Shown here: in pieces, positions 53,458 through 64,000 of the stretch
Numbering within the stretch: position 1 is the stretch's first letter
Layout: every line of letters starts with the position of its first letter
Origin: Vicugna vicugna
Taxonomy: Eukaryota
Direction of reading: 5' to 3'
Assembly: GCA_013265495.1 (NCBI GenBank)
Contig: MU057487.1
Location: 496,001-560,000 of the forward strand
DNA length: 64,000 nucleotides
The notes under the pieces: generated by a model
Databases searched by the model: none
What the model saw: only the letters and a program-made list of their open reading frames with translations
What the model was told of the DNA's origin: nothing
Position numbers and translations under genes: made by a program

Positions 53458-53948
53458 TGTGGAAGACTTTACAATTCTTCACACCTTTCTGTATCCATGC
53501 TCTTTAAAAATCTGACTTTGTAGCTCCTTCCATTAAGAGATAGAGTTTTGTTCCTGACCTCATGAATCTGGGTTGCCCTTATAGCTTATTAATTCCAAGT
53601 CTAGGTCTCAAGCAGCTTGACCTACTCCTACTCTCTTTCTTAAAGTCCTCCCTCAGCCATGTGTAAAAGCCTGAGTTAGCCTTCTAGAAGATGAGAGATA
53701 ACATGGAGCAGAAATAGGATAACCCCTCTGTTGAGGTCATCCTGAATAAGCCAGTTCCCAGCCAGTCCACTAGCTTACTGTTAATACATAAACAAACCCA
53801 GCTGAGATGAGTCATGGTCCAGCCCAGAGCAGCAGAATGCCCCAGTTGACCCCCAGATTTACGAACTAAATAAATACTGTTGTTTTAAGCCCCTGAGCCT
53901 CAGGATAGTTTGTTATGCAGCATTATTGTGCCAATAGGTAACAGATAA
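53458..53948 (+). mobile_element. MaLR solo LTR (MLT1F/G/H-like)
   Basis: gactttgtagctccttccattaagag ... tgttgttttaagcc ... tttgttatgcagcattattgtg ... aacagata. Confidence 0.8.
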
Positions 53949-54329
53949 AAGGTCTCCATAGCCTGATATTCCATGATCCTCTCATGGAGCAATAGTTGGT
54001 TTAATTAAACAGAGAAACATAATTCCTTAACCCAATGCTAGAATTCTCAGTCTTTCCCTGCTGTAAGAAGAATGGTACAGTATTGCATCCTGCATTTCAT
54101 GGAACAAAGCCAAACATTTTTATAGATCCTGTAATGAAGATTTCAAAGTCCCCTGATCCAGGGCAGTGAAACTCTTCCACTTAGTAATTCTGATATGCAT
54201 ACCGAAAATGCTGATGAATGGAGCGCAGTTACAGCTGAGTCAAACAAACACCCTTAAAACAGGAGTCATAGGTTCTCAGACAATGCTGGTAAAAGTTGCC
54301 TTATGGAGCTACGTTTCAAAGGCCTTAGA

Positions 54330-54667
54330 TATTTTTAGTCTGTTTGAGCTGTTTTAGAAAATTACCATAGACTGTGAGTGGCTTAAACAACAGAAATTAT
54401 TTTTCACATTTCTGGAAGCTAGAAATTCTGAGATCAGGATGCCAAGGCGATTAGATCTTGGTGAGGGCTCTTTTCTTGGTTTCCTCACAGGGTAGAGAGA
54501 GGAAACAAGCTCTTTTCTTACAGGGGCGCTAATCACATGATGAGGACTCCACACTCAAGAACTCAAGACCTAGTTACCTCCACAAAGCCCTATCTCCAAA
54601 TACCATCACGTTGGAGATTAGGGTTTAAACATAAGAATTTTGAGGAGAAACATTCGGTTAGTAGCAG
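54330..54667 (-). mobile_element. MaLR solo LTR (MLT1A-like)
   Basis: taccatagactg ... ggcttaaacaacagaaatt ... tctccaaataccatcac ... acattc. Confidence 0.85.
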
Positions 54668-54821
54668 ATGTGTTTAAATCTTTTGGTTGGAAGAATAATA
54701 ATGAACTGAACTTGTGTCCCATCTGGACATTATAATTTCTCAGACAAATCTCATTATCACTCATAGATGAAGTTCTAAAAATAATATTGTACTATATAAG
54801 CATAGTTTTGGTCTGACTATT

Positions 54822-56265
54822 TCTTTTCTTTTTATATTGAAGTATAGTTGATGAGTCTTTTTATATTTTTTATTTAATTTTTAAAAATTTTATACAGTTT
54901 TTAAAGGTTATTTTCCATTTACAGTTATCACAAAAGATTGGCTATATTCCAGGTGTTTCACAATACATCCTTGAGCCTGTCTTACACCCAATAGTTTGTA
55001 GCTCCCACTCCTCAACCCTTATATTGTCCCTCCCTCTTGGTAACCACTAGTTTTTCTCTATATCTGAATATGCTTTATTTTTTTGGTTATATTCACTAGT
55101 CTGTCATTTTTAGATTCCACATATAATATCCTACAGATATCAAACAGTATTTGTCTTTGTCTTATTTCTCTTAGCATGATGGCCTCCAAGTCCGTCCATG
55201 TTGCTGCAAATGCAAAATTCTGTCCTTTTTATGACTGAATAGTATTCCCTTGTGTGTGTGTGTGTGTGTGTGTGTGCACACATATATATCACATATTCTT
55301 TATCCATTTATCTGTTGATGGACACTTAGATTATTTCTGTATTTTGGCAATTGTAAATAATACTGCTATGATCATTTGGGTGCATGTATCTTTTCAAATT
55401 ATTATCTTCACTTTTCTTGGATATATACCCAAGAGTGGAATTACTGGGTCATATGGTAGTTCAATTTAGTTTTTTGAGAAACTTCCATACTGTTTTGGAC
55501 AGTGGCTGCACCAATTTGTATTCCCGCCAACAGTATATGAAGTTTCCCTTTTCTCCACATCCTTGCCAACATTTGTTATTTGTGTTCTTTTAGATGATAG
55601 TCATCCTGACAATATTTTATGTGTAGCTGTCCAGTTTTCCCAGCACCACTTATCGAAGAGACTATCTTTTCTCCTTTGTATATTCTTACTTCCTTGTCAT
55701 AAATTAATTGGCCATATATGCATAGGTTTATTTCTAGGTTACTATCCTGTTCCATTGATCTATGTGTCTGTTTCTATGCCAGTACCATACTGTTTTGATT
55801 ACTGTAGTTTTGTAGTACAGTCTGAAGTCTGGGAGCATGATTCCTCCAATTCTGTTCTTTTTTTCTCGAAGTTGTTTTGACTATTTGGGATACTTTGTGT
55901 TTTCATAAAAATTTTAAAATTATTTGTTCTAGTTCTGTGAAAAATTCCATTGGCATTTTGATAGGGATTGCACTGAATCTGTATATTGCCTGGGGTAGTA
56001 TGGCCATTTTAACAATATTGATTCTTTCAATACAAGAACACAGTGTATCTTTCCATCTGTTTGTGTCATCTTCAATTTATTTCATCAGTGCCATATAGTT
56101 TTTGAAGTATAGTCTTTTGCTTCCTTAGGTAGGTTTATTACTAGGTATTTTATTATTTTTGATGTGATGGTAATTGGGATTATTTCTTTAATTTCTCTTT
56201 CTGATACTTTGTTGCTAGTATATAGAAAGGCAACATATTTATATATATTAACTTTGTTTCCTGCC
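54822..56265 (-). mobile_element. LINE-1 (3' UTR plus ORF2 3' part) with an internal deletion near 55610
   Basis: tattgaagtatagttgatg 3' end; gtggctgcaccaattt; sequence jumps from gatagtcatcctgac to tagctgtccagttttcccagcacc; gatagggattgcactgaatctgta. Confidence 0.93.
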
Positions 56266-56344
56266 TTTTTCTTATTAATACTTTTGACCTGCGTTGTCAA
56301 ATGTGGTAGCCATATGTTTCTGTTCATATTAATTAATTAACTAA

Positions 56345-56828
56345 TTAATTTACTTTTTTATAATTCACATAACATTATGTTAGTTTCAGGTATACAACAT
56401 AATGGTTTGATATTTGTATATATTGCACCACTACCCACCCCAGCCACTTATTGGTTTTCTTTCACTATAGTTAATTTGTAATTTTTACACTTTAATATGA
56501 ATGAAATTATACATTGTGAACTATTTTCTGTCTGCCTTCTCTCACTCAGTACAATTATTTTGAGATTCATCTTTGTAATGCAGGTATCAACAGTTCATTC
56601 CTTTTAATTGCTGAGTAGTGTTCCATTATATGGATATATCACAGTTTGTTTATCCATTCACCTGGCAATGGGCAATTGAGTTGTTTATGGTTTTTGATAT
56701 TACAAATCAAGCTGCTATTAAGATCCATGTTCAAGTCATTATTTGGACATATGCTCTCATTTCTCTTGGATCAAGTTCTGAGAGTAGAATGTCTGGATAC
56801 TGTGGTAGATGTATGTTTAACTTTTTAC
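56345..56828 (-). mobile_element. Older L1 3' fragments (L1MA-like end plus L1MC/ME-like body)
   Basis: aacattatgttagtttcaggtatacaac; ttgctgagtagtgttccattatatggatatatcacagtttgtttatccattc. Confidence 0.75.
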
Positions 56829-57634
56829 TTCCTCCTTGGTCCTATTCATTATGGAGATACATATATGGTTGGGAAAAACAGAATCATAAAGATATCAAAC
56901 ACTGAGAAGATAAACACTGAAAATTTTCCATCATTCTCTCACTTCTGCTATTTGGAGGTGATGGTTAAGATGAAGGGAATATCTTATATCCATACTGTGA
57001 ACCAAGTGTTGGAAATATCTTTTTTGTTACTATGGAAACAAGGTCACCATGTCTCTGAACAACTTCCTGAATATGTTCCCTAGTTGTAAACTCCCTAGTG
57101 TCTGCTTATGCCACAAGTTATAATTTACATTTGTGCTCTGAGGAGTGGGCATGCCCTGATGCTATACCTTATGTAATCAGCCCACCAGTTACACTTTAGC
57201 ACCTGTGTCTCTAGGACACACTAGTATCCTTGGAGCATTTATACTTTATATGTGGGAGAGGCTTGCCAAATCTCACACCAAAAGGCTATATGAAGGCGTG
57301 TCAAACCCAAGTCCATAATCACCTGGACCTATGTCAATGGCATGTCATAATTCTATAGGGCCATTATATTTATTTACTAACTGACCTTTCTCTTGAGTGT
57401 TACTGGCTGGTAAACAACATAGTTATGACACAAATCATTATAGAAGTTTGTTGGGAATCCACTGGTACTACATGGGGACAAGTATTTAGAATTTGTTAGA
57501 AGTGTCAATGAATTGAATCTGTGGGGACTTGCCTCATGTGGATCTGGATGTAATACTTTAATACATTTGGATAAATTAATAACCCAAACCCTAGTATGGT
57601 ATGAGTAAGAATCTTGTCCTTTAAAACAGTAGTC

Positions 57635-58412
57635 CTTTTTTGTTGTTGTTGAGTTATAGTTGATGTACAACATTATATTAGTTTCAGGTGTACAGACAGT
57701 GATTCACAATTTTTAAGGTTATATTCTATTTATAGTTAATATAAAATATTGGCTATATTCTCTCTGGTGTACAATATATCCTGGTAGCTTATTTATTTTA
57801 TACATTATATTTATGTATTTATTTTATACACAGTTGATCCCTCTTAATCCCCCATCCTTATCTTGCTCCTCCTTCCTTCCCTCTCCCCATTGTAAGCACT
57901 AATTTGTTCTTTACATCTGTGGTTGTTTCTTTTTGGTTATGCTCACTAGTTTATTTTATATTTTATATTCCACATATAAGTGACATCATACAATATTTAT
58001 CTTTGATTTTTTTTCAATAAGCATAATACTCTCCAAGTCCATCCATGTTGCAAGAGGCAAAATCTAATTCTTTTTTATGTCTGAGTAGTATTCCATTGTA
58101 AATATATACCATTTTTTTTTATTTGTTCTTCTGTTGATGAACACTTACATTGTTTCCATATGTTGGCTATATAAATAAAGCTGCTGTAAACATTGGGGTG
58201 CATGTATCTTTTCAAATTAGTGTTCGCATTTTCTTTGGATATGTACCCAAAAGTAGAATTCTTGCATCATATGGTAGTCTTATTTTTAGTTTTTTGAGGA
58301 ACCTCCATGTTGTTTTCCACAGTGGCTACACCAATTTACACTTCCACTAGCAGTGTACAAGGGTTACCTTTTCTCCACACCCTTGCCAACATTTGTTATT
58401 TATGGTCATTTT
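57635..58412 (-). mobile_element. 5'-truncated LINE-1 3' end inserted into a MER5A-like element
   Basis: Same subfamily as 54822-56265. Flanked by cagtagtcct (about 57627) and ttagaatctccaggaaagcttttt ... aatcagattctctggggtgaggcc (58419-58513). Confidence 0.9.
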
Positions 58413-58832
58413 GGTTTATTAGAATCTCCAGGAAAGCTTTTTAAAAAGTACACTGCTGTACAAATCTGGATCCCATGTTATTCTAGTTAAATCAGATTCT
58501 CTGGGGTGAGGCCAAATATTTATATTAAGGACAGGAAGAAACTCATATTTAAAATTTATGAACCCTTTAGTTCTCTCTCTCTTTCTATTTTTCTTTAACT
58601 TTCAAAATTTGGAACCATATATCACTGTCCAAGCTGAGAGCTTGCCAAGATTTTGGCCCTGGCTGTGGCAGCTGTGGTAGCTAATGAGAATTTACTAATT
58701 TATAATGCTGAGTCAATCTCTGTTTGTTATATTTATTTACTAGTATGCTTGTTTGAAGCATTGGCATTTCAAAACCAGTAAGTCATGACTAAACACTATA
58801 TTTCTCTATGTCTAGACTGGGCAATTGGTAAA

Positions 58833-59320
58833 TGTATTAATTTTCTATTACTGCCATAACAAATTACCATAAACTCACTGACTTAAAACAACATAAATTT
58901 ATTATCATACAGTTTTGTAGGCTAGAACACTGACAGGGGTCTCATTGGACTAAATCAAAGTGTCAACAGAGCTGCATTCCTTTATGAAGGCTTTAGGCAA
59001 GAATCTGTTTCCTTGCTTTTTCTAACTTCTAGATGTCACCCACATTTCTGGCTGTGGTTTCTTCCTTCCTATACTAAATGAGCAATGTTGCCTCTCTCTG
59101 CCTCTTTTTCCATAGTCACATCTCTTTCTAGCCAGAGAAGTTTCTCCACTTTTAAGGACTTGTAGTTAAATTAGCCTCACCAGATAATCAAGGATAAATC
59201 TTCCCGTTTCAAGGGAAGATCAGTCATATCTGCAAAGTCCTTTTTGTCATGTAACCTGACTTATCTATAGGTTCCAGACTTTAGGATGTGTCTTTGAGTG
59301 CCCATTATTCTGCCTACTCA
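58833..59320 (-). mobile_element. MaLR solo LTR (MLT1C/D-like)
   Basis: tgtattaattttctattactgccataacaaattacca ... tctgcaaagtcc ... cattattctgcctac. Confidence 0.88.
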
Positions 59321-60479
59321 GTAGATGTCTAGACAGAGCAAGGGATTAACTTCTCTAAGTCTTTACTACTAGCTACTTCCTTAGCTCTTTCCTTTGCAAC
59401 AGCCCTGTCTCTATTAACAGCTGCCAAAAGAGCAGGTTATAACTCTTTAGGAGCAGATTTTAAAAACAAGTTTCACTATGGTAAAGCATCCAGGCAGTTG
59501 AGGACATGTGCCTCTGGCTGACCAGAATAGTATATGAATGCATGGGGACCTTCCGTTTACAGTTTTTGAATCCCTGTTTCTTGGTTTTCCATTGGTAGGA
59601 TTGTTCTTTTATAAATTGAGAACATCATAATCATTATGCTCTTACCACAGAGAAACAAAGAACTAATTTCTTGGATAATTCAACTTCCTGTAAAGCTGCA
59701 ACTAGAGAAATGTCCTTACAAATACTCTTTGTTCCTCATCCGTCAATTCACCCTATATAAATAGTTTTCCATCTTTCTCCCACAGACATACACTAAGATG
59801 TCAGATATTCTCCATGAGCCTGGCTGTCTATAAGAGCTAGAGCCTTGGCCTCTTGGGGAATCATAGTTTGTTTCTCAGTTATCTGTGTATTAATTACTGA
59901 GTGAATCTGAGTTGGTTTAAAGAAAATGTACAGATTATTTCATTCTGCAAAGTCCTAGAGAGGCATAAACACTGAGATCTTGAGCTTAACAGGTGCTGAC
60001 CATGCTCATCCATATACACCCCAGTATCTTGCCCTTGTACCCAGATGACAGCACTGTCTCAAACTTCAAGTCCTAGGTTTCAAATTCTAAACTCTCTCAG
60101 GGCTTGCTTGATAATGTAAAGTTATATTTGTTTCTTCATGGTCATCTTCCAAAACTATAGGCAATCACAGCACAAATCCTGCCAGACTGTCTATTTAATC
60201 AAGCTGATTTGGGTGTAGTTCCCTTGTTTTTGTCTATTGTGTTTTTCTGCATTCCATACTAAATTTGGATTTCCAATTTATATAATCATTAGTTCAAAGA
60301 TCTGACCATAAGAATCCTAATAAATCTGGCTCTTAGTAAGTGTGAGAAGATCCATAATTTCTTAGTTAAGCAAAGTAAACGTCCCGTCAAAATTTTTTGG
60401 AGTGCCCCTTTTTAGCAGTCCACATTTTTCCATGAGGATAAATTAGAAATAAAAAAATACGAAGTGGAAACAGAAATTT

Positions 60480-61900
60480 GAATTAGGACTGACTAGGTTG
60501 TGCTGCAATAACTAATGACCCCCAAATTCCAATACCTTCAAAGTACAGACCTGATTCTGTCCCACGTCCCATTTCCACTGCAGATTTTCTGTGCCTTTTC
60601 TCCAGGTCATCTTTACTCCACAACCAAGCCGACAGTGAAGATTGTCCAGAACACTGTCCATTATTCCAGAGGAAAAAAAGGGTGTGGAAAATCATTTGTT
60701 GGCTCATAGAGTTGCTACTCAGCAGGGACATTCACTAATTTTAGTAATAGTTTATTGCCCAAAGAGAGTCACATAGGCCTGACCTGATGTCAGTGAGTGG
60801 AGAAGTATCATACTCTCCCAGGAAAAAGCAGCAAATATTTTGTGAACAACAGCAAATATTTTGTGAACCACAGATCTGTTGTTCTGGCTGAAATAATTTA
60901 GATAAATCTCATCTGTCCTTCTGGTTGAAATCATTTAGATAAATCTAATTTCTTCATGCAGAATATATTCATGTACTCTCCCAACAGAGATCACACAGCA
61001 GGTCACCCAATGATCAGGCTCAGAATTTAGGATCAGGCAGAACATGGCTCCTCTTTTTCTGGTCCCAAGTGTGAAAGAGACAAGTTAGCAATCCCTTTGC
61101 ACCCAAAGCGTAATGAGGGGGGCAGTGAAATAATTACAAAAGTAATCCTTTCGGAAAGGGCAAAGTCCTAGTGATTGGTCCATAGAAATTCTAAAAATCT
61201 CCATTAGGAAGATACCTCAAGTGCCCTTTACTGGTATTGGGAAGTGTTCTCTGAGTAGGCTCTGATGTGCTCCCTGGGAGAAGCTCCTCATGTGGTGTTC
61301 TCCATGGCCTTTGCATCCAGTCTCAGTGAGGTCCTTCCTTTTCCATCATCCTTTCTGGCCTCTTCTGATGAAGCATTGGGCACTGTCTTCTTTGGGGGCC
61401 AAGCAACTTTTTCAATCTACTTCCTGGCCCTAAAATATTGGGGCACAAGGACCACTTTAAATCTTCAGTGGCCTTTTAATTTATCCTGGTAGTTTTAGTT
61501 TTTTCTTAATAAAACTCTTTCAAAAAGTGTAGGTTTAAAAAAAAAAAACTAGATTATCACATCACAATGTGTGCCAATAGCCGTGCCAACAATTCTTTTT
61601 TAGAGAGGCCTCACCTTCTAGACTTAATTTTAGAAACCTTAAGTCTAACCGACTTCTAATGAAAACCCAGTCTTTATCTCTCCTCTCTTAGCAATTTTGT
61701 TCATCTGAAAAATTTATGGGTGCAAAATTAATTCCTTCAGAGGCTTTATTAAAATAATATGAGTTTTGATTTGGTCTTTATCATGAAGCTAAATTTTCAT
61801 TTGTCCTTTGTAGCATAAAGACCTCAGTTTTAACTTTTAAGAATTGGAAATGGGAATCCGTTCTATTTTCATCTCTGTACATTTAATTTTCCTATCTTTT
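60480..61900 (-). mobile_element. Old MaLR LTR (about 60480-60875) with adjacent internal (MLT1-int) sequence
   Basis: ctaggttgtgctgcaataac ... agtcacatagg ... atattttgtgaac, then MLT-int-like ttccctttccatcatcc-type sequence. Diverged. Confidence 0.55.
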
Positions 61901-62329
61901 TACCTAAATATGCAAGCTCATTTGATAAAATATTTACCTAAGACAATGTTATATTCCTCAAATTTTCTAAGATTTCTTTCTTACTGGCTTAACATGCCAG
62001 TGTCAAATGGGCTTTTTATTAGCTTCAGGGAGAAAAAAGACAGTGCAAAACTATGTAAACTATGAACACAATTTACCAAACTGCATAGCAGGAAGTTTCT
62101 TGAACAGCAGGAGGGATGGCTGTGTGGTCATGACCAGGTAACCTGATGAACGCTGTGTCTCCCTCCAAAACTGCTGGTTGAGAGGAAAAATGTTGAAGAT
62201 TGATGTTACATTGGTCTTCATTTCTTTCTGTGAAAATAATTTTTGTCAGTTGTTTTAGACACAGTCATTTTTTAAGCTTGGAAAATAACTCAAGAAAGAG
62301 AAACTTTCAGAGAGAATAGATGTACTTTT

Positions 62330-62772
62330 TAATTTTAATTTTATCTATTTTATGTACTTTTTGCTTTATTTTTATGATTATTTTTTTGAAAAAATTTGCA
62401 CTTTTTTACAAGCAGTTTTAGGTTCACAGCAAAATTGAGAGAAAAGCGCAGAGATTTCCCATATACTCTTTGCCCCCACATGTGCATGGCCTCCTGTACC
62501 ATCAGCACCCCTCATCAGAGTGGTACATGTGTTACAACTGACGAACTTACATTGACCCATCATTATCACCCAGAGCCCATAGTTTACATTAGGGCTCAAT
62601 CCTGGTGTTGTTCATTATATGGGTTTGGACAGATGTATAATGACATGTGTCCACCGTGATAGTGTCACTCAGAGTATTTTCATTACCCTCAAAGTCCTCT
62701 GTGCTCCTCCTCTTCACCCCTCCTTCTCACCCCAAGGCCCTGGCAACTCCTGATATTTTTACTGCCTCCATC
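62330..62772 (-). mobile_element. L1MC1-like 3' end with candidate TSD
   Basis: gcagttttaggttcacagcaaaattgag ... acattgacccatcattatcacccagag. Flanking agaat(ag/tc)atgtactttt at 62313-62329 and 62773-62789. Confidence 0.85.
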
Positions 62773-64000
62773 AGAATTCATGTACTTTTAAAGTTTTTAC
62801 TGAGGAAACAATGTTAAAATAACAACAGAAATCTATGGGAAATTTTCTCACATTCCCATGACCTTTTCAAATTTGTTTTTCGCTGGTCCTTTCGTTTTTA
62901 CATTATAAACTTTTATCTTACACATAACCGTAATTCCTAAACGTTGTAGTGATATTGTTGATCCAATATTGTAATTTAAGTTTTCAATTTTATCTTAGAT
63001 TAAAAAAAATCTTTTTTCTTCTTCTTTTCTCTGTTTCCTTTCTCTTCCCCACATTTAAACCCTGCATTGTCAGCCTGATGCTATCCCCACTGTACCAGTT
63101 ACATGTATTTTACAGTGCTGCTTTATTTAAAATTCCTTGATGTTTATATAGGAATAAAAAGGGCATAATACATATATTCTGTAACAAGGACAGGATCAAT
63201 CAACTACTTTAGGTAAAATGTAAAATGAATCTACGAGATGTTTACTCTATACTGTTAGTCCCAAATGCTGTGTGAGTGTGTAATGATATGCTGTGGAGTG
63301 CACAAGAGTAATAGCATGATGTCTGTGCTCACAGAAATTTGTAGTCTTATGAGGTGATGGGACATATTTACATGATACAATTAACATGATACAATTAAAA
63401 TGATGTAGCATCTATAACAGCAAGATAGGCTGAAATAATGCAGTGCTTAATTATGAGATGCAGAAACTGACAGGATAGGAAAGCCCAGGCTATCAAAAAT
63501 GTGCTGATTGTGAGGTTTAGATTCAGGCAGGAAGACACAGTTCCGGGGGCCCTGCAGCCATGCATCTCAAGGGGGAATCCCAGAAGAAGCAGTGATGGGG
63601 GCCAACACTGTGGCAGAATTTAGGTACCAGCTGGAAAGGGTTTCAAGGAACTGTCAGGAGTCTTCCATCAGCTTCCCTGGAATTTTGGTGGAATGTGTTC
63701 ATCTTAACTTGGAACCCACTTAGAACCATGTCCCACCCTAGCCAGGGCTGTAAGGGTTTGCCCCCACTTGAAGAGAAAGGCACTAGGAGAGGAAGAATCA
63801 ATCTCTGTAGAATAAGATACTATTGTGTTTTTATGCTTGTTTTTTTTTTTTCTAGCTAGGGAAAAATAGTGAAGAGGAAACAATTGGAAAAGGTATTGTA
63901 CAAACCAAAGAGCAGAGACTATTTCACTATTGTGTATGTGTGCCTATATAGTTGCAAATCTGAATTCAAATTCAGAAGCCTGTCATAAGCAAGGGATATA

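Noticed and set aside
55254..57083. Cluster of ORFs resembling an operon or multi-exon gene
   Set aside because: They are mostly antisense or broken frames of L1 sequence.
63370..63397. 14-bp tandem duplication (acatgatacaatta x2), with similar short ones near 22902, 29505 and 42579
   Set aside because: Ordinary slippage duplications with two units only. There is no repeat-spacer array, so nothing CRISPR-like.

Overview
AT-rich, CpG-poor mammalian (eutherian) genomic DNA that appears to lie entirely inside the metabotropic glutamate receptor 1 gene (GRM1, + strand). The only real coding sequence is one 236-nt internal exon (47328-47563), encoding part of the Venus-flytrap domain (about S317-G396 in human numbering as I recall it). 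The rest is intron filled with interspersed repeats: L1, L2, MIR, MaLR/ERV LTRs, hAT and Tigger DNA transposons, and microsatellites. The other ORFs in the track are spurious or are repeat remnants. The most notable structures are: (1) a near-full-length fossil hAT-Charlie transposon (37223-41276) whose decayed transposase resembles SCAND3/ZBED9 and which carries three nested insertions; (2) an L1 insertion that appears to combine a twin-primed 5' inversion with a 3' transduction (26901-27531); (3) two candidate REST/RE1 sites; (4) a sense-oriented solo LTR just upstream of the exon; and (5) a 62-bp dispersed local duplication. I see no evidence of a new multi-gene system. Repeat subfamily names and reference comparisons come from my recall of consensus sequences, and many repeat boundaries are approximate.
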